DNA of 64,000 nucleotides from a virus (Duplodnaviria; Heunggongvirae; Uroviricota; Caudoviricetes): IMG/VR virus record IMGVR_UViG_2684623127_000006; one strand, 5' to 3'. Shown piece by piece: positions 27,715 to 36,736 of this stretch (position 1 is its first letter; each line of letters starts with the position of its first letter). The notes under the pieces were generated by a model. It saw only the letters and a program-made list of their open reading frames with translations, ran no database searches and was not told where the DNA came from. The position numbers and the translations under genes were made by a program.

Positions 27715-30700
27715 TCAGCATTCCTCCGTCACGTCGCATGGACAGCATCACCGCCTGCACCCGCTGGTCAATCAGCTGCACAAGACTGCCTGCCGCCTCC
27801 GGCCCTATCTGTCCGTTAGCCCCGTCATTCTGAATGGCAATGTGGTAGACCGGGGAATACACCAGACCAGCACTGCCGTTCATACTGCCCACGGCGCGTA
27901 CGCCCAGCGAGCCATCCGCCGCCCGGGTCAGGGGCATAATAGCTTCAGGTCCGGCTTCCCCCATCAGCCCGGCCCCTTTTGCAAACGCAAAGTACGTGGG
28001 CGTGTCCACAATGCTGTTGCTGTACGCGCTCAGGTTTGCCGAGGTATACACGCCGCCTTTTGCATTGGCCACCGCTCCGCCCAGCCAGTCACCAATGCTG
28101 CCGAGAAATCCTCCCGCACCGGACATACCGTTTGCCGCCGTCTTAATTCCGTTGACAATCGCGGCATTCATAAGAACTTTTGATATTTCCTGCAGTACGG
28201 ATGAGGCCCAGCTGCGCCATTCCACTTTATTTCCGTTCAGCATCTCCGTGATGTTATTCACCATCCCTGAGATACCCTCCGTCGCCAGCTGTGCTGCCTG
28301 TGAGGCGTAATCGGACGCATTATCCACCCAGTTACTGAATCCCTCCTGCAGCCCTTTCTGCCAGTCCGCACGCTGCACATCCGATTCGGCATAAAAGACT
28401 GCCTGGTCCTTAAGGCGTTCGCTCAGATACTGCGCGTTCTGTGCCAGCGCCTGTCTGTAAAAATCCTCACTGATATCCCCGGTCTGATACTGAGACTGAA
28501 GGTCCGCATCCTTCTGGCGGAAGCTGTCGCGGATCTGCTGCAACTCCCGCATGCGTTCCCTGGCTCGTTCCCCCTGCCCGTACCCCAGCAGTTCAGATTC
28601 ATTTGATGCACGCGCAGCCACATTATCATTCTTCAGGGTCTCTTCCCGGTACCGCAACTGCTCCCGGATTTTTTGCTGGTCAATCAGGGCCGCATTGCGC
28701 AGCAGTTCCTGCTTCTGTATCTCCGTCAGGGTTTTCAGTTCACCCAGCGCTGTCTGGTACTTCAGCTTCGCCAGCTCCGTGTTCTGACCGGCCAGTGCCA
28801 GTTGCTCTTTCTGCTGCTTCAGCAGCCGGGAAAAACTGTCTTCCGCTTTTTCCGTCTCTGATTTTCCACCCCGGGATTTGGGTTTATTCGCCTCGTTATT
28901 GCGCCAGGCTTCCAGGGCATTACTGATATAACGTTGTCTCGCCTCCTGATACGGATCACCCACAAAACCGAGGTCATCCGCCGCATACCCCAGTCGGACA
29001 CGCTCTTTTTCTTCCCCTTTCAGTCTGGACAGGGCCAGCTCACGCTCTGTTTTTGTCAGGGCACTCTGCTGTTTATCATCCAGGGTGGCCTGCGGCAGCC
29101 GTAACGGTACATTCACCAGTCCCTGACGCTGCTGAAGCAGTTCATTCCCCAGCCCCAGCAGACGGTTGAATTCCGTATGCTGACCGTTCATAACCAGCAT
29201 GGACTGGTACACCTTATTCTGCTCTGCCGCCTGCTGACGAATTAACGCCACACGACGGTCTTCCAGCCCGGCAAGCACATCCTGAATGGACTGCGCTTTT
29301 TCCTGCATCTGTGCCAGACGGGACTGCTCAACGGCAAGCTGCTCTGTTGCCTGAGCAAGCCCTTCCGTTACGGTCTTCACCGATGTCAGATGGTTTATCA
29401 TGAATCCGTCACCGGTCGTCCAGCCCGGGTTCGCCAGAACATACTGATATCCTGCGATTTTTTCCTGCAGGGATTTCACCCGACTGGCCTGTTCATCAAT
29501 CAGCCGGTTCTGCTCTGTCAGCGCCGCCCGTGTTCGTCCTTCATTATCTGAGGCTTCAGGCAAAGACATTGACGGCGTTTTATGCGCGATTTCATCTATC
29601 GTCAGTGCATACTGGCGCGCAGACTCCCTGGCCTGCTCCTGATTCTGGTACAGCGTGTACCATGCTGCAGCCCCCAGCATCACCAGTCCGGGTACGCCAC
29701 CAACCAGCCCCAGCGCACCGCTCATCAGACGTGAGCCCACCGCCGTTGTACTGTTCAGCGCATTCTGGGCGGCGCTTCTGGCAGCAATATTTCTGTTCAG
29801 GCGTTCCTGTGTGGCCGCCAGACGGGCCTCTGCAGCAATCTGCATCTCCGTCCCGCGGGCTGCCGCCACGGCCTGCTGAGCACGGTACACGGCTGCCCTT
29901 GCCCGCGCCGTGGCAATCTGCGTTCCCCTGAACTGTGCTTCCGCCAGTGCAACTTCATTACGTGCAGCCGTCACAAGTCCTGCCGTGGCAGACATCGCTC
30001 CGGAGGCCATATTGCCAAAGTACCGGGCAACCCCGACGGCAACCAGCGCGCCCACGGCTGTTGCCACATTATCAATCTGTCCGGCAACACCGTTCAGCAT
30101 GCCGGAGAGCGTTTTTGTCACCCCGCTGGCCTCATTCGCACCGCCCACCCAGGCCATAAAGGCGTTTTCCACCTTTGTGATACTACTGGAAACCGTTTCC
30201 GGCATGGCCGCATATTCATCACGTAATATCCCCAGCTGGCTGATTAACGCGGGGACCACTTTATCCGCTGTCAGTTTTCCGTCATCCGCCATTGCCTTCA
30301 GATCTTTACGGGCCACGCCCATACCCGCAGCCAGTGCACGTACGATCCGGTCACCACTTTCATTGACCGAATTAAACTCCTCACCACGCAATACACCCTG
30401 CGCCAGCGCCTGACTGAACTGGGTGATCACCGAGCCCGCCTCTGCCGTACTGGCACCGGAGATTTTCAGCCCTGTCGAAATGGCCTCCGTCACCTTCAGC
30501 ACATCATCAGCACTGTAACCATATTCACGCATCGAGGCAGCCGAACGGGCAAACAGGGCCGCATTATCCGAAAATGCGGTGCCTGTCCGCTGGCTGATAT
30601 CCATCAGCACTTTCTGTGATGACGCAAATTCATCGGATGACTGTGATGCCTGTTTCAGACGGGCATTCACGGAGCTCCATTCATCCGCCAGCGAAATCAG

Positions 30701-30949
30701 GTGTCCGGTGGCAAAGGCACCGGCAAACGCACCGGTCATTCCGACAGCCGAAGCGCGGATTTCCGTCAACTGGCTGTGCAGCTCAGCCAGAGCCCGGCGC
30801 TGCTCCCTGGCTGCCGCAGCAGCCTGACGTCCGCCATTCTGCAGGGTCCGGTAATATTCACTGCCCATACGGGACGCCCGCTGGATCTCCGACTGGAATG
30901 ACTGTGAATTTGCCGAAATTTTGATAATCAGTTCACGTAACGTCGCCAT
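27707..30949 (-). CDS. H: Tail tape measure protein
   Basis: 1080 aa, Ala/Gln-rich coiled coil, position between G/T and M. Confidence 0.85.
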   Translation of the reverse strand: MATLRELIIKISANSQSFQSEIQRASRMGSEYYRTLQNGGRQAAAAAREQRRALAELHSQLTEIRASAVGMTGAFAGAFATGHLISLADEWSSVNARLKQASQSSDEFASSQKVLMDISQRTGTAFSDNAALFARSAASMREYGYSADDVLKVTEAISTGLKISGASTAEAGSVITQFSQALAQGVLRGEEFNSVNESGDRIVRALAAGMGVARKDLKAMADDGKLTADKVVPALISQLGILRDEYAAMPETVSSSITKVENAFMAWVGGANEASGVTKTLSGMLNGVAGQIDNVATAVGALVAVGVARYFGNMASGAMSATAGLVTAARNEVALAEAQFRGTQIATARARAAVYRAQQAVAAARGTEMQIAAEARLAATQERLNRNIAARSAAQNALNSTTAVGSRLMSGALGLVGGVPGLVMLGAAAWYTLYQNQEQARESARQYALTIDEIAHKTPSMSLPEASDNEGRTRAALTEQNRLIDEQASRVKSLQEKIAGYQYVLANPGWTTGDGFMINHLTSVKTVTEGLAQATEQLAVEQSRLAQMQEKAQSIQDVLAGLEDRRVALIRQQAAEQNKVYQSMLVMNGQHTEFNRLLGLGNELLQQRQGLVNVPLRLPQATLDDKQQSALTKTERELALSRLKGEEKERVRLGYAADDLGFVGDPYQEARQRYISNALEAWRNNEANKPKSRGGKSETEKAEDSFSRLLKQQKEQLALAGQNTELAKLKYQTALGELKTLTEIQKQELLRNAALIDQQKIREQLRYREETLKNDNVAARASNESELLGYGQGERARERMRELQQIRDSFRQKDADLQSQYQTGDISEDFYRQALAQNAQYLSERLKDQAVFYAESDVQRADWQKGLQEGFSNWVDNASDYASQAAQLATEGISGMVNNITEMLNGNKVEWRSWASSVLQEISKVLMNAAIVNGIKTAANGMSGAGGFLGSIGDWLGGAVANAKGGVYTSANLSAYSNSIVDTPTYFAFAKGAGLMGEAGPEAIMPLTRAADGSLGVRAVGSMNGSAGLVYSPVYHIAIQNDGANGQIGPEAAGSLVQLIDQRVQAVMLSMRRDGGMLSG

Positions 30950-30996
30950 TCACCTTTCTCCGGGCGTAAAAAAACCGCCTCAGCGGTTCTCATCAT

Positions 30997-31311
30997 TCAT
31001 GACTGTGCTGCAAGGCTCAGCGCGTCTTCCAGCGCCGCAAACGGATCCACCTCCGGCTTATCCTCATCCTCGCCCCAGCAGAGCATGGCGTCCTTCAGTG
31101 CAACATTCATCCCCTGTGCCCCGAAAACCGCTTTCACGATCTGTGCATTACGGATATCCCCGCGCTCATCACCCAGCGGGGATATCCTGTCGAACTCCAT
31201 CCACATCATCGCCTCGCTCGCACTCAGGCTGTGGCGCAGTTCGGATAAGGTGCGCCCCAGACGGAGCGCAAGTCGCATCAGAAAGCGAATTTCCGGGCGG
31301 GCTACTTTTTT
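30997..31311 (-). CDS. T: Tail assembly chaperone GT extension reached by -1 programmed frameshift
   Basis: Slippery heptamer AAAAAAG at 31305-31311 at the end of G; -1 frame continues …KKVARPEIRFL… to stop at 30997. Confidence 0.65.
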   Translation of the reverse strand, partial: KKVARPEIRFLMRLALRLGRTLSELRHSLSASEAMMWMEFDRISPLGDERGDIRNAQIVKAVFGAQGMNVALKDAMLCWGEDEDKPEVDPFAALEDALSLAAQS

Positions 31312-31676
31312 CTGGCCGACTCTGCATCAGCGATCAGTTCCAGTGCCTGACGCAGCAACCGGGCATGTACCGGACCATAGACGGCCAGCACCTGCTCACG
31401 GTCGTCCGGAGTGAACACCCGCTGCAGGTCCGTATCACACAGGACATCGCAGAACAGCGTCACATCCGCTTCCAGGTTACGGCGGGTTTTCGCCACCACC
31501 GACAGGGTATCGTCATCCTCTCCATCACCATTGAGCACTTCCTGCCACAGATACCAGGCCTCTGCCGAAGGCTCCCGCAGCACCACGCTGACATTACCCC
31601 ATTCCGGCACCTTCACCGTTTTATGACGAAACCCTGACAGTCTGGCCAGCGCCAGCGTTTTCAGATCCTTTTTCAT
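31302..31676 (-). CDS. G: Tail assembly chaperone G
   Basis: 124 aa from MKKDLKTLALARLSGF; ends …AESARKK at the slippery site. Confidence 0.7.
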   Translation of the reverse strand: MKKDLKTLALARLSGFRHKTVKVPEWGNVSVVLREPSAEAWYLWQEVLNGDGEDDDTLSVVAKTRRNLEADVTLFCDVLCDTDLQRVFTPDDREQVLAVYGPVHARLLRQALELIADAESARKK

Positions 31677-31690
31677 GATGACCCATCCCC

Positions 31691-32407
31691 TTATCCGGCG
31701 GCTGCGCTCACTGTCACGGTGCATTCAACAGACGTCACACTCTGTGCTTTCTCTGCCGAATCGGTCACCACACAGGTATATTTCCCCGCATCAGCGGACT
31801 GCGCACCTGGCTTACTGAAGGTGTCTGTCGTCTGCCCGTCAACCGGCTGACCATCCTTCTTCCAGGCGTATTTATACGGCGGCGTTCCCCCGTTGGCACT
31901 GACTGACATTGTCAGCAGCGCACCGGTATTCACGGTAAGTGTCTTATCCAGATTTTTCACAAACGCCAGCGGTACCACAAAGGACACCGGTTTGCCTTTC
32001 AGACGCAGTGAGAACGTTGCAGCCACCACGCCGTTGGTACCGGATGACCAGGTGTGCTGGCGCACTTCCGCCAGGAATTTAAAGCCCTTACCGGACGGAA
32101 ACAGCACCTTAAACGCATACAACGCGTCATTGTCATAGGCATCACGCAGGGCGTTCTGGGCCTGATTCAGATAAAAATTGCCCGACATGGAAATCTCAGA
32201 CGACGCCCCCAGACCATTGATGTTCTCCTGCTCTGTGGAGCAGAGCGTGGTCACATCAATATCCTGTTTCTGCCCGGCGGTGAACTGCACTTCCTTGATG
32301 GTGCAGTCCAGGCGCAGATATTCCGCCTTATCCATAGTTTCAGCAGTCGCCGGGGCAGATGAAATCATCACCTGCGTCAGCTGTGAGCGTTCATACAAAG
32401 CAGACAT
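31691..32407 (-). CDS. V: Major tail protein with C-terminal Ig-like domain
   Basis: 238 aa from MSALYERSQ with AGGAGG SD; C-terminal Big_2-like …YKYAWKKDGQPV…. Confidence 0.75.
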   Translation of the reverse strand: MSALYERSQLTQVMISSAPATAETMDKAEYLRLDCTIKEVQFTAGQKQDIDVTTLCSTEQENINGLGASSEISMSGNFYLNQAQNALRDAYDNDALYAFKVLFPSGKGFKFLAEVRQHTWSSGTNGVVAATFSLRLKGKPVSFVVPLAFVKNLDKTLTVNTGALLTMSVSANGGTPPYKYAWKKDGQPVDGQTTDTFSKPGAQSADAGKYTCVVTDSAEKAQSVTSVECTVTVSAAAG

Positions 32408-32472
32408 TCTGCCTCCTGATAATAAAAAACCCGCACGCGGCGGGGTATGGGTTTTGTAGAAAAAAGAAAAAG

Positions 32473-32817
32473 TCACACCGTGACCTGAAACTCCAGGGTT
32501 GCACGGTAACAGCGGTTTTCCGGAATATAGTCCTGCATTTCACTGACGGATCCCGGGGCCAGCAGCATTATGGCTTCACGGGCGTCCTGACGTATCTGAC
32601 GCGCCTGCGTCACAGTCCCGGCATAAACGTCTATCTGCACCGACACTGAGGACTCCGCCTGCCCGCCCATCACGTCCGCTGACACCGATGAAATCAGGCT
32701 GAAAACCACCCACGGAAGCGCCACCGACGGCCTGCCATCCAGCAGGGGGACCACATACGGGTACACCTGCCCGCCGGCAAGATGCGCCAGATGAGGATAC
32801 AAATCCGCCTCCGTCAT
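32473..32817 (-). CDS. Tail terminator / head-tail joining protein (putative)
   Basis: 114 aa, position immediately upstream of major tail gene. Confidence 0.5.
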   Translation of the reverse strand: MTEADLYPHLAHLAGGQVYPYVVPLLDGRPSVALPWVVFSLISSVSADVMGGQAESSVSVQIDVYAGTVTQARQIRQDAREAIMLLAPGSVSEMQDYIPENRCYRATLEFQVTV

Positions 32818-33260
32818 CGTCTCAGTACCTCATCAATGGCCCGGTTCATCCGCGCAATCGCCACCTGTGCCGCCTGTTCACTGCGCACATCAAATGCCGG
32901 GCGCACAAACGGGTGCGGTGGCATATTCACGGTCCCCATTTCCACAAACCGCCAGTAGAAAGCGTTGCGCGGGTTATCCGCCTTCATGGTGTTATCGCTG
33001 TTACCGGTGTCCGGATTAACACCCCGGATATGCACACCGGATTCCATCCCGCCATCGCGGGAGCGCCGGGAAAGGACCACCACATTGCGGCGCAGTTTTC
33101 CCCTGCGTACCGGTGCCCGTGACACCACTTCTTCTTTCAGCACATTCGCACCCGCACGGGTTGCCTCACGCAGCACCCGGTTATTTTCTGCACCACTCAG
33201 AAGCTGCAAATCGCGGCTGATGTCCTCCAGCCCCGAAAAATCCAGCAGGGTTTCGATCAT
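32814..33260 (-). CDS. HK97 gp10-like tail component
   Basis: 148 aa; position and size in head-tail joining cluster. Confidence 0.5.
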   Translation of the reverse strand: MIETLLDFSGLEDISRDLQLLSGAENNRVLREATRAGANVLKEEVVSRAPVRRGKLRRNVVVLSRRSRDGGMESGVHIRGVNPDTGNSDNTMKADNPRNAFYWRFVEMGTVNMPPHPFVRPAFDVRSEQAAQVAIARMNRAIDEVLRR

Positions 33261-33607
33261 TTTTCCCCTCCCAGCCGACAGAGAATTTCCAGACGTCCGC
33301 CGGTCGCATCCGGCACGGGCAGCCCGACAACGTTCAGGATCCGGTCACGCCAGGGACCACTCAGCACATGAAGTCGTGACGCTGCCGTGATTTCCCGACC
33401 GGACTGACCGCGCACCCAGATGCGGATTTCCGCCTGCGCCATTTCCGCACCGGACTGCATCCGCTCCCGGCTGCTCCTGCCCCGGATATCCGCATGAATT
33501 TTCCCGCATGACACCCATTCTTCCGTCATTTCTCCGGCAGCGTTACGGGTTAACACCGGGTTCAGAACACTGATCATCTGTGTCAGACGACCTGCAGATA
33601 TTGCCAT
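33257..33607 (-). CDS. Head closure / head-tail adaptor protein (putative)
   Basis: 116 aa, head-tail joining cluster. Confidence 0.5.
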   Translation of the reverse strand: MAISAGRLTQMISVLNPVLTRNAAGEMTEEWVSCGKIHADIRGRSSRERMQSGAEMAQAEIRIWVRGQSGREITAASRLHVLSGPWRDRILNVVGLPVPDATGGRLEILCRLGGEK

Positions 33608-33616
33608 TCCCCCTCC

Positions 33617-33943
33617 TCATAACACCGTCGGACAACGCAAATCGTAAATCAGCACGGAAACAGAAAACGGCAGCTCCCCCTGAATCAGTTCTTCCCGCTC
33701 CGCAAGATCCGGATTCCGGTACAGCATCCCGGTCAGTCGCATGGCAGCCCCCTTCATCCGGGTTAATGCCTCGCCCGGGATCAGTTCACCGTCCTCACGA
33801 ATCACCTTATCCCGGCTGCCCTGAATGTAGGCCAGCAGCACGGCGGTAGCCTGACGAACCTTGTCCATCAGCATGTCATCATCCGCGTCATGGTCGACAC
33901 GCAGATGTGCCTTGATCTCTTCCAGTGTCAGTAATGCCGTCAT
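33617..33943 (-). CDS. Head-tail connector protein (gp6-like, putative)
   Basis: 108 aa, first gene after portal. Confidence 0.5.
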   Translation of the reverse strand: MTALLTLEEIKAHLRVDHDADDDMLMDKVRQATAVLLAYIQGSRDKVIREDGELIPGEALTRMKGAAMRLTGMLYRNPDLAEREELIQGELPFSVSVLIYDLRCPTVL

Positions 33944-33945
33944 TT

Positions 33946-36525
33946 TCAGCCTCCTGCATCCCGCCCACGTTTTGCAGCCAGGGTCCAGGCTGATGAATGA
34001 GCTTCTCCGGGTTTATCTTCGGTCATACTGTTGCAGTGCCACAGCGAGCCCCCCCACGTCACCGTATCGCCGGGGTGGTAGGTTTCACCGGCTCTGAACA
34101 CACCGCGGTAGAGCATCACCGGCAGGGAAAATGTTTTTTCCGTACGCTGGCCACTGCTCTGCCGGACCACCACAGAGAACAACCGCTCACCCGTCATGCT
34201 GACGTCAATATCCGCCACCCCGTCAACCAGGCATTCCCATCCCCGCATCCCGTGCGTTTTTTCATACGCCCGCCAGAGTCCGCCCTGGTGTGTGGCATAC
34301 GTGCCCCGGGGAAAGGATTTTTGATCGTCAATGGCGGGGAGTATTTCCAGTGCCGTGGCATCACGCCCGTCCTGCGGAGCCGGCAGGGCACTCACCGCAT
34401 CCAGAACCGCCTTCTGCAGAACATCCGGATCGTAGTCACGACCATCACGCGGAACAGGAATATGGCTTACCGCCTCCTTCACCATCTGTTCAAGCATCGG
34501 ACGCACATCATCCGGGGTGAGACTTTTACCGTCTGCCGGCTGCGGAATATTTGCGACCGCATCATTCACCGCCTTCTGCAGTACTTCCGGATCATAGTCA
34601 CGACCGTCGCGCGGAACAGGGATATGGCTTACCGCCTCCTTCACCATCTGTTCAAGCATCGGACGCACATCATCCGGGGTGAGACTTTTACCGTCCGCCG
34701 GCTGCGGAATATTTGCGACCGCATCATTCACCGCCTTCTGCAGTACTTCCGGATCGTAGTCACGACCATCACGCGGAACAGGGATATGGCTTACAGCCTC
34801 CTTCACCATCTGTTCAAGCATCGGACGCACATCATCCGGGGTGAGACTTTTACCGTCCGCCGGCTGCGGAATATTTGCGACCGCATCATTCACCGCCTGC
34901 TGCAGTACATCCGGATCATAATCACGACCATCACGCGGTACCGGAATGGCCCCCACAGCGTCATCCACCATCGCCTGCAGAACCGGACGCACCTCATCCA
35001 CCGTCACATGCTTCTGTAATACCACAGACTGAGAAGCCAGTTTTTCTTCAAACGTTTGTGCCTGCGCGGCTATTTTCTCCTCAAATGTGCGCTGTAAATC
35101 CGCCAGCACTGTGGAAAATTCTTCTCCCAGTGCACGAATAATGGACAGTTCCCGTTCCGTCATTTTCTCAGTATCCCCCCTGAACATCGCTTTCACCGCA
35201 TCATGCTCTGTTTCACTGATTGCCTTATTACCGTCAGATGCGCCGTCAGGCAGCTGTGATGAAACTGTTTTCCCGGCAGACGCGAACGGATCCTCACGGG
35301 CATCACGACGGGACAGCGCCTCCAGACTGTAGTTCTGCTGCTGAAGATACAGTGCATCACCGCCGGCCAGGGGCGGCAGGTTCTCCCGTTTACGGGCCTC
35401 ATTGGGCGTGAGAAGCGTATTTTTCACCGCATCCCCCAGCGTTTTCATGCGCCGCTCACTGTCCATTCTCAGCAGCGTGGTGACATCAAATTCTGTACTC
35501 TCGTTTTCCCCCGTTTCCAGCGCCTCATCCAGTAACAGTTCAATGGACTCAATCAGCGTCTGCAGGCACTGGGAATAATACTGCTGCTCCAGCGCCTCCA
35601 CGTTGTCACTGGAAGGCGGTTGTCCCACGCCAATCTTGTAGGCCGGGACACGGAACACCGAACAGACAATTTCAGCGGTCATCTTCAGTTGTTCCACCGT
35701 CTGCGCATCCACCGGTGAAAACGTCGTGGGGTTGTATTTTGCCCCGTTGCTCAGAATGGCCGTTTTCCCCGCATTTTCGCCTGTATACCCGCTGTCCCAG
35801 TTGCTCTTCAGTTTTTTCGCATTTTCTTCCGTAATACTGCCGGGGATCTCAATCACCCCGGACGGCCTGCCGCCATTTCTGAAAAAAGACGTCGAATTTT
35901 CCTGAATATGATGCCCCTGCGTGGCCGCCAGCCCGGCGGCATACACCGGCGGCAATCCTATAAGCGGATGAAAAAAACAGTTAAACCGGTCGTGGATCAC
36001 TTCCCGGGCAGGCACCGTCACCGCCTCCGTGATCCCGCAGTTCCGGTCCGGCGTGATGCGGTAGAACACCTCGCCGTCATCCGCCACCAGAGGTTCAACC
36101 CGGCTCCAGTCCAGAATACGCAGTTCTTTGATCTGCCACCGGGCATTACGGATTTTCAGCACCACCGTATTGCCATGACGCAGTTTGGCGTTCAGCCACA
36201 GTTCAAAAAACTGGATGCGGTTCTGCTGGGCGTTGGGACGACGACAGAGGCGGGCAATATCCCCCCGGCGCGTTTCCCTGCGTATCCCATGCGCATCCGT
36301 CTGCATAAGACGCAGCCGCATTTTGGCGATATCCTGGGATATCAGCGAAATACATGCAAACACCGCATGAAAGGAGAGGACGGCTTCAGGATCGGCTTTC
36401 ACGCCCTGCTGCCAGGCGCCGGAAAAGGGCTCAGCCACCGCCTGAAACAGGCTGGTCCAGCCCGCCTCTCTTACGTCACGTCCTGATTTCTGGTTTTTTC
36501 GGGTTCGCCGTAAAAGGTTCCACAT
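33946..36525 (-). CDS. HK97-family portal protein with long C-terminal extension containing 54-aa tandem repeats
   Basis: N-terminal 450 aa portal-like (…FFRNGGRPSGVIEIPGSITEENAKKLKSNW…); GGAG SD; 859 aa total. Confidence 0.7.
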   Translation of the reverse strand: MWNLLRRTRKNQKSGRDVREAGWTSLFQAVAEPFSGAWQQGVKADPEAVLSFHAVFACISLISQDIAKMRLRLMQTDAHGIRRETRRGDIARLCRRPNAQQNRIQFFELWLNAKLRHGNTVVLKIRNARWQIKELRILDWSRVEPLVADDGEVFYRITPDRNCGITEAVTVPAREVIHDRFNCFFHPLIGLPPVYAAGLAATQGHHIQENSTSFFRNGGRPSGVIEIPGSITEENAKKLKSNWDSGYTGENAGKTAILSNGAKYNPTTFSPVDAQTVEQLKMTAEIVCSVFRVPAYKIGVGQPPSSDNVEALEQQYYSQCLQTLIESIELLLDEALETGENESTEFDVTTLLRMDSERRMKTLGDAVKNTLLTPNEARKRENLPPLAGGDALYLQQQNYSLEALSRRDAREDPFASAGKTVSSQLPDGASDGNKAISETEHDAVKAMFRGDTEKMTERELSIIRALGEEFSTVLADLQRTFEEKIAAQAQTFEEKLASQSVVLQKHVTVDEVRPVLQAMVDDAVGAIPVPRDGRDYDPDVLQQAVNDAVANIPQPADGKSLTPDDVRPMLEQMVKEAVSHIPVPRDGRDYDPEVLQKAVNDAVANIPQPADGKSLTPDDVRPMLEQMVKEAVSHIPVPRDGRDYDPEVLQKAVNDAVANIPQPADGKSLTPDDVRPMLEQMVKEAVSHIPVPRDGRDYDPDVLQKAVLDAVSALPAPQDGRDATALEILPAIDDQKSFPRGTYATHQGGLWRAYEKTHGMRGWECLVDGVADIDVSMTGERLFSVVVRQSSGQRTEKTFSLPVMLYRGVFRAGETYHPGDTVTWGGSLWHCNSMTEDKPGEAHSSAWTLAAKRGRDAGG
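34290..34990. repeat. Tandem 162-bp repeats, about 4.3 near-identical copies, inside the portal gene
   Basis: Period measured from repeated CACGCGGAACAGG anchors at 34448, 34610, 34772, 34934. Confidence 0.85.
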
Positions 36526-36736
36526 TCGCCATGCTCCGCATCACGTTTCTTTTTCTGACCTGCCGGACGTCGCACCGTGATGTACTCCGCCTTTCCCAGG
36601 CGAACCAGCACCTCCGCACACGGCTGTGCCACATCACGGATATCCCCGGCCCGGGCATCATGCGTGCCCTGCAGATATCGGATCTTTGCCATAACCTGTT
36701 ACGGGAGGCGCACGCCTCCCGTCCTCCTTATCAGAC

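Noticed and set aside
28551-31637. Multiple plus-strand ORFs of 70-240 aa
   Set aside because: All lie antisense to the tape measure and chaperone genes in GC-rich sequence and have no ribosome-binding sites.
33997-35019. 340-aa plus-strand ORF with internal repeats
   Set aside because: Antisense to the 162-bp tandem repeats in the portal gene; it has no start context and the minus-strand portal frame is clearly the coding one.
36471-36692. 73-aa minus-strand ORF between capsid and portal genes
   Set aside because: It has a weak ribosome-binding site and overlaps the portal start by 54 nt; it could be a real small head protein but the evidence is too thin to call.
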